Assembly (NCBI GenBank): GCA_017467165.1
Contig: JAFTST010000004.1
Location: forward strand, 595-64,594
Length of the DNA: 64,000 nucleotides
Direction of reading: 5' to 3'
From: Clostridia bacterium
Lineage (GTDB): Bacteria > Bacillota > Clostridia > Oscillospirales > CAG-272
Below, piece by piece: positions 45,447 through 54,171 of this stretch (position 1 is the first letter of the stretch; every line of letters begins with the position of its first letter). The position numbers were made by a program, and so were the translations under genes. Below the pieces are notes generated by a model. The model was given only the letters and a program-made list of their open reading frames with translations, did no database searches and was not told the origin of the DNA.

Positions 45447-47327
45447 ATGAAAAAAAGTTTTTTATTTAGTGTGTTTTTATTAGTCGCGATTTTCCTCTCT
45501 CTTTTTAACAGCTACGCCCATGCTGAAAACACCGAGCCCGTGGAGTCGGGGGAGGTTGAAATTGAATACTACGGCAGAGCGGCGCTTTCCGAGCTTGAGG
45601 GGGCAGAGGAGTATCTTTTTGCCTATGACGCTATCACCGCGGGAATAGAAAACGCCGAGGCGGAGATTGACGTCTACAACGGGAAAAGAGCACTCTCGGT
45701 TGACGAGCTGACGATGGTTTTTGAGGTGTACAGACGTGACAGAGCAGATCACTTCTGGCTTGGAAACGCTTATTCGGTTATGAGAAACTCCAAGGGAGAC
45801 GCCTTGGCGCTTGCCCCGAGCTATCTATACGAGGGACAGGCGCTTATCGCTGCCAGAAATGAGTATGACAGGGCGGTCTCGGAGATACTGGCAGGTATAA
45901 ATCCCGAGTGGTCGGAGTTTGAAAGGGAGCTATATATCCACGATTATCTGGCGGGCGAGATTACCTATACAGAGGCGGAAAATGCGCACAACTCCTTTGG
46001 CGCCATAGTCGAGGGTAAGGCGGTCTGCGAGGGCTACGCAGAGGCGTTTCAGTATCTGTGCCAGAGGGTAGGAATACAGTCATTTATAGCTATAGGCAGC
46101 TCAGTTAATCCCTCTACGTCATCACCGGAGGGACACGCCTGGAATTACGTCAGAATAGACGGAAAATACTATCAGGTTGATCTCACCTGGAACGATCAGG
46201 GAGAAAAGCTGTATCACGCATACTTCAACGTTACGGATGAGGAAATCTCCAAAGACCACGATACCACTGAAGTGGCTTTTCCCCTACCCGTGTGTGATTC
46301 TGTGGAAAAAAACTATTTCACAGTGATGGGCGGTAGGATAAGCGCTCCCTTTTCCGTCTCGGAGGTAGCGGCGCTTTTCGACCAAAAAACCCACACCGCA
46401 TCGGTATATACTGTTGACGTCTATGATTTCACCGGATGGTTTGAACGCAACGCCAGCTCCATCGTTTTAAGTCTTGGAATCGTTGGCTCGTTCAGATACG
46501 GTTATTCGGTTATGGGGTGTGAGGTCAGGCTTGAGCTTCTAACCTGTAAGCATCTGCGTATGGAGCGTGTTCCCGAGCTTCAGCCCACCTGCACCGAAAA
46601 GGGAAACCTGTCCTATTATATCTGCGAGTGCGGAGCAAAATTCAACGACATCTTTGCTACAAAACGAATAACCGATATGGCAGAGGTTACCTTATATCCG
46701 ACAGGACACCTGTTCGACGAGGAGATTGTCGATGAGGAGCATATAAGATATGAGGGTGATTGTAACACCAAGAGGAGCTATTGGTATGATTGCTCGCGTT
46801 GTGACGTTATAGCGAAGGATGACAAGGAAGGGGAATCTTATTATTATACGGTTGGCGGATTCTGTCACTCTGTTGAGGAGGGATTTGGCTATAAGGACGA
46901 GGAGGGACACGCACGAAAATGCTCAGTCCTCGGCTGTACCTATCACGAGGAAATATTCCCCCACACCCCCGACAGAGAGGCGACCGACGACACACCATCG
47001 GTTTGCACGGAATGCGGATATATTATTACCCCTGCGAAAAACCATACGGAGCACACGCCAAGGGAGCCTTGGGAGATGGACGTCGACGGACATTGGCACG
47101 CCTGCTCCGGCTGTGAGGGGCAGAGGCTTGAATACTCCGAGCACTCCGATAAGGACGGTGACGCGTTATGCGATGCCTGCGGAGCTCCTTATACAAATAA
47201 CGAGGCGGAAAATCCAATTAAGCTGACGATAACCGAGCAGGGAATTGTTATCCTTGCGGTCCTTGCCGTAGCTGTGGCTGTGGCTGTGGCTGTCGGTCTT
47301 ATAAAGGCTCTCCGCAGGTACAATTAA
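45447..47327 (+). CDS. secreted transglutaminase-like cysteine-protease-fold protein with Cys/His-rich repeats and C-terminal TM anchor
   Basis: Signal peptide. Core with Cys (KAVCEGYAEAF), His (PEGHAWNYV) and Asp (YQVDLTWND), the transglutaminase-like triad arrangement. The C-terminal ~220 aa hold CxxC/HxH modules. Anchor ILAVLAVAVAVAVAVGLIKALRR. Confidence 0.7.
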   Translation: MKKSFLFSVFLLVAIFLSLFNSYAHAENTEPVESGEVEIEYYGRAALSELEGAEEYLFAYDAITAGIENAEAEIDVYNGKRALSVDELTMVFEVYRRDRADHFWLGNAYSVMRNSKGDALALAPSYLYEGQALIAARNEYDRAVSEILAGINPEWSEFERELYIHDYLAGEITYTEAENAHNSFGAIVEGKAVCEGYAEAFQYLCQRVGIQSFIAIGSSVNPSTSSPEGHAWNYVRIDGKYYQVDLTWNDQGEKLYHAYFNVTDEEISKDHDTTEVAFPLPVCDSVEKNYFTVMGGRISAPFSVSEVAALFDQKTHTASVYTVDVYDFTGWFERNASSIVLSLGIVGSFRYGYSVMGCEVRLELLTCKHLRMERVPELQPTCTEKGNLSYYICECGAKFNDIFATKRITDMAEVTLYPTGHLFDEEIVDEEHIRYEGDCNTKRSYWYDCSRCDVIAKDDKEGESYYYTVGGFCHSVEEGFGYKDEEGHARKCSVLGCTYHEEIFPHTPDREATDDTPSVCTECGYIITPAKNHTEHTPREPWEMDVDGHWHACSGCEGQRLEYSEHSDKDGDALCDACGAPYTNNEAENPIKLTITEQGIVILAVLAVAVAVAVAVGLIKALRRYN

Positions 47328-47402
47328 TGCCTCCCCGTGTGAATTTAACGGCGGAAATAAGAAAAAAGCTTGAATGCCGACAAATATCGGCCGGAGAATA
47401 AA

Positions 47403-48377
47403 ATGACACTGGATTCGGTAAAGGAAAAAATACTTTCGGTAATTCTTGGGCACGCTGTGGCGGATGCCGTCGGTGTACCGGCAGAATTTAAGCCTCGCTC
47501 GCATTTTAATTTGAACCCTGTGACTGATATGACGGGCTACGGCACGCACAATATGCCTCTGGGATGCTATTCGGACGATACGAGCATGAGCATAGCCGCG
47601 CTTGACGTGCTGAAAAGCGGTAGCACGGATTATATCGCTATAATGGATAACTTAGTTGATTGGGTATACAGTGACAAGTACACCGCGACGGGCGTTACCT
47701 TTGACGTTGGTGGCAGCTGTATGAGCGCCATTTCAGCATACAAATATTCTGACAGAAAAAGCGCCTTTGGACACGCCCCCATATCCGAGAGGTCGAACGG
47801 AAACGGATCCTTGATGAGAATACACCCATTCGTTCTGTATTATTATTTTACCTCAGGCGAGCTTGTCCCGCATATCAGTGATATTGAAAAGGCGTCTATG
47901 TTGACACACCCACACCCACGCTCGCTTGTCGGCTGCGGAATATACGCCTTCGTCCTGTGGGCGCTCCTTGACAGACCCGAGAGAGCGTCCGTATACCGCG
48001 GTCTAACTATGGCGAGGGAGTATTACCGTGACAGCGAGGAATATCACACCTACAGGCGTCTTTTTGAGGAAATAGGAGACCCGGAGCGTGAGCTGCCCGA
48101 GGTCGATGCTATTGAGAGCTCGGGTTACGTGGTTCATTCTCTGGAGGCGGCTATATGGTGCCTGCTTCGCGCGGGTGGCTATCGTGAGTGCGTTCTTTCG
48201 GCGGTAAATCTTGGCGAGGATACCGATACGGTTGCCGCTATCGCGGGAGGCTTAGCCGGAGCGCTGTTTGGACTTGAGTCGATACCTGACGCTTGGCGCG
48301 CGGGACTTATCGGGGGCGAAAAAATCGAGGCAATGTGTCGCGACGCCGCGGTAATTTGGTGTGAAAACAGGGACTAA
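47403..48377 (+). CDS. ADP-ribosylglycohydrolase family protein (DraG/ARH-like)
   Basis: GHAVADAVGVPAEF, YSDDTSMSIA, SNGNGSLMRIHPF and GEDTDTVAAIAGGLAGALFG are classic ARH metal-binding motifs. GGAG lies 6 nt before ATG 47403. Confidence 0.85.
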   Translation: MTLDSVKEKILSVILGHAVADAVGVPAEFKPRSHFNLNPVTDMTGYGTHNMPLGCYSDDTSMSIAALDVLKSGSTDYIAIMDNLVDWVYSDKYTATGVTFDVGGSCMSAISAYKYSDRKSAFGHAPISERSNGNGSLMRIHPFVLYYYFTSGELVPHISDIEKASMLTHPHPRSLVGCGIYAFVLWALLDRPERASVYRGLTMAREYYRDSEEYHTYRRLFEEIGDPERELPEVDAIESSGYVVHSLEAAIWCLLRAGGYRECVLSAVNLGEDTDTVAAIAGGLAGALFGLESIPDAWRAGLIGGEKIEAMCRDAAVIWCENRD

Positions 48378-48455
48378 TGACAACAATTATATACATATTT
48401 CAATGAAAAAGAGCCTTATCCCTCGTTTTAAGAAGGAGCCTCGGCTCTTTTTATT

Positions 48456-49259
48456 TTATCCCAGCATAACGTCAAGCAGCATCATTAGGGCGAAGCCTGT
48501 GACTATGCCCATGGTTGAGAAATAGGGCTTCGCATCCTTGTTCTTCTGGCACTCGGGGATAAGCTCGTGCACCGCGACGAGTATCATTGCTCCCGCGGCG
48601 AAGGCGAGTGCGTAGGGTAGAATAGCCTCTACGTAGACTACCAAGAGAGCCCCCAGCACGCCTGCCACAGGCTCAACCATTCCCGATGCCTGGCCGTAGA
48701 TAAAGCTCCTTCTTCTTGAGAAGCCCTCGCGCCTGAGCGGGAGCGACACCGCCGCCCCCTCGGGAAAGTTTTGCAGTCCGATTCCCAGAGCTATCGTCAC
48801 GGCTCCCGAGATTTCCTCGGCAGAAAACGAGCCGTTTTTCAGAGCACCAAAGGCAACTCCGACCGCCAGACCCTCGGGTATATTATGAAGCGTGATTGAT
48901 AAAATCAGCATTACTATTCTTGAAATCCGCGAGCCGCCCGCCTCTTTATTCTCCGTCAGCCTTGCTCGAGTGCGGGTAACTATTTTATCGCTACCCCACA
49001 TGAATATTGCTCCGAGAAGAAAGCCTATCGTTACCACCAGATACGCGGGCATTCGTGAATGTATCTCAGCTCGCTCAATCGCGGGCTGTAAGAGTGACCA
49101 GAAGCTCGCCGCTATCATCACTCCCGAGGCAAATCCCAGGAGCAGATTCAAGAGCTCGGGTCTTGGCGACTTGAAAAATACGACAGCTCCCGCGCCCAGA
49201 GCGGTGAGCAACCAGGTGCCGAGCGTCGCGATAAGCGCCATTAAAACGTATTTATCCAT
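48456..49259 (-). CDS. zupT: ZIP family metal transporter (second copy)
   Basis: LHNIPEGLAVGVAFG and GLQNFPEGAAVS motifs, 8 TM. Confidence 0.8.
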   Translation of the reverse strand: MDKYVLMALIATLGTWLLTALGAGAVVFFKSPRPELLNLLLGFASGVMIAASFWSLLQPAIERAEIHSRMPAYLVVTIGFLLGAIFMWGSDKIVTRTRARLTENKEAGGSRISRIVMLILSITLHNIPEGLAVGVAFGALKNGSFSAEEISGAVTIALGIGLQNFPEGAAVSLPLRREGFSRRRSFIYGQASGMVEPVAGVLGALLVVYVEAILPYALAFAAGAMILVAVHELIPECQKNKDAKPYFSTMGIVTGFALMMLLDVMLG

Positions 49260-49319
49260 CCTTACCTCCTATTACAGTATATTTTTGTCGAGATAAGTTG
49301 TGTATGGTTTTTTAGGATA

Positions 49320-49348
49320 TTGAATAATGTATTTTCTTGTTGTATAAT
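49320..49348 (+). promoter_or_regulatory. sigma70-type promoter of the yhhQ operon
   Basis: TTGAAT (49320-49325), a 17-nt spacer, then TATAAT (49343-49348). Confidence 0.55.
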
Positions 49349-49401
49349 GAAAATAAAAAATCGTTTAAAACGATTTTTAAGAAAACTATATAGGTGACTT
49401 G

Positions 49402-50154
49402 ATGAAAAACAAAATGAAAAGCAGACTGAAAAGGGAGTGGCAGGAATATAAGCTTCTCCTGCGCTCTATACCCGCCCCTGTGGTGACGCTCTTCGTAGTG
49501 AGCGTTATATGTATGAACCTTTTGGCGAATAAAACACTCCTCAAGCTCGAATGGATAGCGCTCGACGGTGGATTTCTGATTTCCTGGCTGTCATTTATGT
49601 GTATGGATATTATCACCAAGCGCTTTGGACCGAAGGCGTCAAACAGCATTTCGCTTCTTGCCTCGGGAATCAATCTTCTTACCTGTCTTATCTTCTTCGT
49701 TGCCGCCGCCATACCCTCGAATGCAGGCGACTATACGGTTTTTGACAGCATTTTCGGCGGTACCTGGTTCATTCTTCTTGGCAGCACGGTGGCGTTTCTT
49801 GCATCTGCGCTTATCAACAACACCCTGAACTATCTTGTGGGCAAGGCTTTCAGGAAAAACCCCGACGGACGCTTAGCATACGCTACGAGGACCTACGTGT
49901 CGACCTTTATAGGACAGTTTTTCGATAACTTCATTTTCTCGGTTATAGTGTTCGTCCTATTCGCTCCTGTGTTCTGGAACGGTTTTTCCTGGACGCTGCT
50001 CCAATGCGCGACCTGCGCTCTGGCGGGGGCTATTGCCGAGGTTATTATGGAAATAGCCTTTTCGCCCATAGGCTACCGCATCACGAAAAGATGGCAGAGA
50101 GAGTCTGTCGGGGCGGAGTATCTTGAATTTGTTGAGAAGGAGAAGGAAGAATGA
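49402..50154 (+). CDS. yhhQ: queuosine-precursor transporter (YhhQ/VUT, DUF165 family)
   Basis: VVSVICMNLLANKTL...DGGFLISWLSFMCMDIITKRFG...YVSTFIGQFFDNFIF is the YhhQ-family pattern. AGGTG RBS. Confidence 0.75.
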   Translation: MKNKMKSRLKREWQEYKLLLRSIPAPVVTLFVVSVICMNLLANKTLLKLEWIALDGGFLISWLSFMCMDIITKRFGPKASNSISLLASGINLLTCLIFFVAAAIPSNAGDYTVFDSIFGGTWFILLGSTVAFLASALINNTLNYLVGKAFRKNPDGRLAYATRTYVSTFIGQFFDNFIFSVIVFVLFAPVFWNGFSWTLLQCATCALAGAIAEVIMEIAFSPIGYRITKRWQRESVGAEYLEFVEKEKEE

Positions 50155-50807
50155 AGGTGTTAGTTACGGGAAGCTCGCAGGGAATAGGCAGGGCTATCGC
50201 AGAAAGGTTTCTTTCCCAGGGGCACACAGTATACGGAATTGACAGGCAGGAAGGCGGGATTGTGAGCGAGCGCTATACCCACTTTCAGTGCGACGTGCGC
50301 GACAGGGAAGGTCTGCCCGAGCTGTCGGGGATAGAAATACTTATCAATAACGCGGGAACGCAGAACGAGGACGATATAGATATCAACCTCAAGGCGCTTA
50401 TCTATATCACCGAGAAATACGGAGTACAGCCCGCGATACGCTCGATACTCAATATAGGCTCCGCTAGCGCTCATACGGGCGCGGAGTTTCCCGAGTATTG
50501 CGCGAGCAAGGGCGGAGTTCTCGCTTATACCAAAAACGTGGCGCTCAGGGTTGCTCGGTTTGGCGCGACCTGCAACAGTCTTGACCCGGGCGGAGTCTTC
50601 ACCCCTCTTAACGAGTGCGTGACAAGCGACCCGGAGCTCTTCGCCGAGATAATGAATGAAACGCCCCTCAGAAGATGGGCGAGCTCCGAGGAGATTGCCG
50701 ATTGGGCGTATTTTCTCACGGTGACGAATAAATTCTGCACGGGGCAGAGCATACTCGTCGACGGCGGAGAATCAATAAATTTTCACTTCGTGTGGAAGGA
50801 AGATTAA
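50151..50807 (+). CDS. short-chain dehydrogenase/reductase (SDR)
   Basis: TGSSQGIG glycine-rich loop, NNAG, and the catalytic YCASKGG. The start overlaps the yhhQ stop (ATGA). Confidence 0.85.
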   Translation: MKVLVTGSSQGIGRAIAERFLSQGHTVYGIDRQEGGIVSERYTHFQCDVRDREGLPELSGIEILINNAGTQNEDDIDINLKALIYITEKYGVQPAIRSILNIGSASAHTGAEFPEYCASKGGVLAYTKNVALRVARFGATCNSLDPGGVFTPLNECVTSDPELFAEIMNETPLRRWASSEEIADWAYFLTVTNKFCTGQSILVDGGESINFHFVWKED

Positions 50808-50816
50808 GGAGAGCTT

Positions 50817-51371
50817 ATGAGCGGTTCAATAGGTATAAGGCTGACCCGTGCGAAGAAAAGCTATGATCTTGGCGCCTCGAAGTTTTTTGGCGCGCCGACG
50901 GTGCCACGCGCGTGGGACGGCGAGTTTTTTGAGGACGAGATATTTCTGTGTCAGATAAGGCTATCGGATATTGCCGAGCTCGACCGGGAAAACAGGCTCC
51001 CTCACACAGGGTATCTCTCGGTCTTTTTGTCGACGGGCACAGATGAGCTTGTGCCTATCGTCAGATATTTTGACGGCGAGCCCGAGCTTGCCCTTTCCGA
51101 CTTCAATAAGCAGGTCGAGGGCTACGAGAGCTTTAACGACGCCTACCTTGCGGAGTTTTTCTCTGCCGAGGAGGACTATGACGGAACGAGGCTTTTCGGT
51201 ATTCCGAGTGGCTGGTGCTACGATGAGGAGCCACCCAGCCTCCTTTTGCAGTATGACCCGCTGGATAACGAAACGGGCTTTCTCGATTATATGGACGGAT
51301 ATTTGTACCTTTTCTTCGGCGAGGACACAAATGACCTCTCAAAGATTAGCTTAATGGAGGATTTCAGCTGA
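50817..51371 (+). CDS. YwqG-family (DUF1963) protein
   Basis: SKFFGAPTVPRAWDGEFFEDEIFLCQIRLSDIA...LPHTGYLSVFL resembles the YwqG/DUF1963 pattern. Confidence 0.6.
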   Translation: MSGSIGIRLTRAKKSYDLGASKFFGAPTVPRAWDGEFFEDEIFLCQIRLSDIAELDRENRLPHTGYLSVFLSTGTDELVPIVRYFDGEPELALSDFNKQVEGYESFNDAYLAEFFSAEEDYDGTRLFGIPSGWCYDEEPPSLLLQYDPLDNETGFLDYMDGYLYLFFGEDTNDLSKISLMEDFS

Positions 51372-52037
51372 TGAGACTTTTCTTTAGCGCTCTGACAAAA
51401 TACCTTTTTGGGCTTTTGCTCGTGGGAGCGCTCATTTTTCTCCCTGCGGGAAGCCTCACCTTTTTTAACGGCTGGCTGTTCATCTGTCTGCTCTTCGTGC
51501 CGATGCTCTTTCTTGGAGCCTTCCTTTTGATAAAGCGTCCCGACCTTCTTGAAAAAAGGCTCAGCGCCAAGGAATCGGAGGGCGCTCAGAAGGGAGTTGT
51601 CGCCCTGTCTGCCATTATGTTCGTTGGCGGATTTGTCGTAGCGGGGCTTGACTTCCGCTTCGGCTGGTCGAGAGTTCCCACCTGGGCGGTGATTGTCGCG
51701 TCGGTTATACTGCTTGTTTCATACGGCTTGTACGCCGAGGTTATGAGAGAAAACGCGTATCTTTCAAGAACGGTAGAAATACAGGAAAATCAGAAAATAA
51801 TTGACACGGGGCTATACGGAATTGTCCGTCACCCGATGTATGCCGTCACCCTGTGGCTGTTTTTTGGCTATACCCTTGGTGCTTGGCTCGCTGTGGTCGC
51901 TTTGCTGCTTCGCCCCATACGTTATACTCCTCGTGGTCAGGATAATCAACGAGGAAAAGGTCTTAGATGCAGGGCTTGTCGGATATACCAAGTATAAGAA
52001 AAAAGTCAGATACAGGCTGATACCCTTTATCTGGTGA
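51371..52037 (+). pseudogene. isoprenylcysteine carboxyl methyltransferase (ICMT)-family membrane methyltransferase, interrupted by a +1 frameshift in a T6 run
   Basis: The N-part (51371 frame) reads ...DTGLYGIVRHPMYAVTLWLFF. The family-typical C-terminus AIPLVLGSLWSL...VRIINEEKVLDAGLVGYTKYKKKVRYRLIPFIW is in the +1 frame (stop 52037). The switch is at TTTTTT 51860-51865, and removing one T gives a continuous ORF of about 220 aa. Confidence 0.7.
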
Positions 52038-52162
52038 TGTGCCACCCAGTGTATGTTTTTAAAAAATTTTAAAAATAAGTAACCTTTTATATGTTTTCTC
52101 CGTCTATAAGGATAGACGAGTATAATTTTGATTAGATAGAGAAAAAAGCAGGTGACAGAGAA

Positions 52163-52522
52163 GTGATACATTATATGAAGCTTAACCCGAAGCCCTTTTC
52201 AATGATTGCCGAGGGGAGAAAAACTATTGAGCTGAGGCTCTACGACGAGAAAAGACAAGGGATTTCGCTCGGCGATGCTATTGTTTTCAAGAATACCGAA
52301 AACGAAAATGAGGTCATATCTTGCACGGTTAAAGGGCTGCATATCTTCCCGAGCTTTGATTTGTTATATAAATCCTTGCCGCTTGATAAGTGCGGCTATC
52401 TTCCCGAGGAAATTGCATTTGCTTCACCCGGGGATATGGAGCTCTACTATCCCGAGGATGAGCAGAAAAAATACGGTGTTGTCGGAATAGAGCTTGAGCT
52501 CGATAACCCTATTGTCAGATAA
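52163..52522 (+). CDS. ASCH-domain protein
   Basis: LNPKPFSMIAEGRKTIELRLYDEKRQGISLGDAIVF is the ASCH beta-barrel pattern. 119 aa. Confidence 0.65.
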   Translation: MIHYMKLNPKPFSMIAEGRKTIELRLYDEKRQGISLGDAIVFKNTENENEVISCTVKGLHIFPSFDLLYKSLPLDKCGYLPEEIAFASPGDMELYYPEDEQKKYGVVGIELELDNPIVR

Positions 52523-52532
52523 GGAATGTACA

Positions 52533-53039
52533 ATGAAAAACAATTTTACCAAGGAAGATATTAAAAACAGCGTTGAGTATCAGTGGAGAAAAAACTCTAT
52601 CGCGTGGCTTCTCGGCATTTGGGCGGTTATAGCGGTTGTGATGCTTTTCGCAACTCTTGCCGGAAGTCTTGGCGATATCAAATACATAGGTCTTAGCCTT
52701 CGGATCTGGCTCATAGTAATGGCGATATACAGCACAGCACTTCTGCCCTTCGCGGTGTTTTATTTTTATAAAATGATTTACCTCTTGAAGCACTACACGG
52801 AGTTTAATTCGTATGAGGTCGTGCTCGACAGGGTTTCCACCTCGTATGCTTATAAGGGCGCTGTGTACTACACAGTTACCTTCAATGACTCGGGAGCTTC
52901 AATACAGGTAAGCACCAATCCCTACTTTTCAAGCGGTATATTTGCAAGGTTCACCCTTGAGGATTATAACAACGAAAGGGTCGTTGGCTTATACGATAGT
53001 CAGATGGATAAGTTCTATATCATTAGGAAAGTAGATTAA
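52533..53039 (+). CDS. 2-3 TM membrane protein with small C-terminal domain, unknown
   Basis: Hydrophobic helices (IAWLLGIWAVIAVVMLFATLAG and LRIWLIVMAIYSTALLPFAVFYF). The start is placed at ATG 52533. Confidence 0.45.
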   Translation: MKNNFTKEDIKNSVEYQWRKNSIAWLLGIWAVIAVVMLFATLAGSLGDIKYIGLSLRIWLIVMAIYSTALLPFAVFYFYKMIYLLKHYTEFNSYEVVLDRVSTSYAYKGAVYYTVTFNDSGASIQVSTNPYFSSGIFARFTLEDYNNERVVGLYDSQMDKFYIIRKVD

Positions 53040-53061
53040 TTCAAAAAAGGAGGATACCAAA

Positions 53062-54156
53062 ATGAAGAAAATTATAGCCCTGCTCGTCATTGTCATAACC
53101 ACATTTTCGCTGTCCTCCTGCTTTCTGTTTGGAGGCGTTACCACCCATCCCGATATGGTTGAATACACCGAGAGAGAGGTTTTGGAGGTAGCGGAACAAA
53201 AATACGGCGTTGCCGAGTGGATATTTTTCGGTATGGAGCTTCGCGGCGAAGCAGGTTATGATACCGAAGGCGCCTTCAAGGTTGATTTATACGACGAGCA
53301 GTTTGGTACGGAATTTGTTGGTGGCGACAATATTGAGAAGGCTTTTTCCTCCTTTGCAGGTAAGAACGGAAATCACGATGTACAAGGTATGTACTCCAGT
53401 TTTCTCTGCTGTGTTGCTCTTGGTGAGCGCGCCGACGGCTCTCTGAAATTCGTTTATTATAACACCAATATACACAAGGATGCGAAAATTTTCGACACGG
53501 TAGGCGCATCGGATTACACCTTCGAGGTGTTGCCCACGGAGATTACAAGCGAGCTTTTAACAGTTGATTCAAGATGGACGGCTATGCAGCTGTTCCTCAA
53601 CGATTTCAAGAACGGACTCATCCCTGCAGGCTTCGTTTATTCGGGCGAGCGTTTAATAACACGGCGCTACGAAACATCCTACAGCTACGTTGAGCTTGAG
53701 TTTTATAAGGAAAATGGCGAGGTCGTTTACGATATATACTATACGAAGGACGAAAAAAAGCCCCGCGAAAGACGCCTCGTCTATTCCACCTCCGACCGCT
53801 ACGGTGTGATATACAACTACTACGGGCTTGATAAGTCTGAGTATTTCGATATTACAACGACTGTAACACAGAGCACCGAGCAGGAAAGCTGTATGTCATT
53901 GAAGGCCCATGTCGAAGCGAAGGAGATAGAGGGAAAGGTACTGTACTCGAGGCTTTTATACTCGGCAGAATACTACGTCAAAAAGGACAAGGGCCCCGTT
54001 TTGCACGGCACAGCGAGTGAAACGGTGACGGATAAGCTAGAGTTTGAGTGCGGCTGGATGCTGGATAAGATTGACGGTATAGACCATGCGGAAACGGCGA
54101 AATTCTACCTTTCACACTTCTATATCTTCTATGAAAAGAACGCAGAAGCCGAATAA
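53062..54156 (+). CDS. lipoprotein, unknown function
   Basis: Lipobox MKKIIALLVIVITTFSLSSC. GGAGG RBS. 364 aa. Confidence 0.6.
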   Translation: MKKIIALLVIVITTFSLSSCFLFGGVTTHPDMVEYTEREVLEVAEQKYGVAEWIFFGMELRGEAGYDTEGAFKVDLYDEQFGTEFVGGDNIEKAFSSFAGKNGNHDVQGMYSSFLCCVALGERADGSLKFVYYNTNIHKDAKIFDTVGASDYTFEVLPTEITSELLTVDSRWTAMQLFLNDFKNGLIPAGFVYSGERLITRRYETSYSYVELEFYKENGEVVYDIYYTKDEKKPRERRLVYSTSDRYGVIYNYYGLDKSEYFDITTTVTQSTEQESCMSLKAHVEAKEIEGKVLYSRLLYSAEYYVKKDKGPVLHGTASETVTDKLEFECGWMLDKIDGIDHAETAKFYLSHFYIFYEKNAEAE

Positions 54157-54171
54157 AAGGAGGCAACGGTA

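Noticed and set aside
48378-48455. Terminator between the ADP-ribosylglycohydrolase (+) and ZIP (-) genes (AGAGCC...GGCTCT with A/T runs on both sides).
   Set aside because: The 6-bp stem encloses a 27-nt loop, and the alternative GAGCC-TC-GGCTC has a 2-nt loop. It is too weak to assert, although termination must occur somewhere here.
49349-49401. preQ1-I riboswitch upstream of yhhQ. The hairpin AATCGTT-TA-AACGATT is followed by an A-rich tail, AAGAAAACTATATAGG, that runs into the RBS.
   Set aside because: The context is right, since YhhQ genes are often preQ1-regulated, and the tail resembles AAAAAACUAAGG. But the hairpin loop is AT-only and lacks the conserved ligand-contacting C and the loop bases needed for the H-type pseudoknot. 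I cannot call it without a covariance-model score. A cmscan with the preQ1-I/II/III models would settle it.
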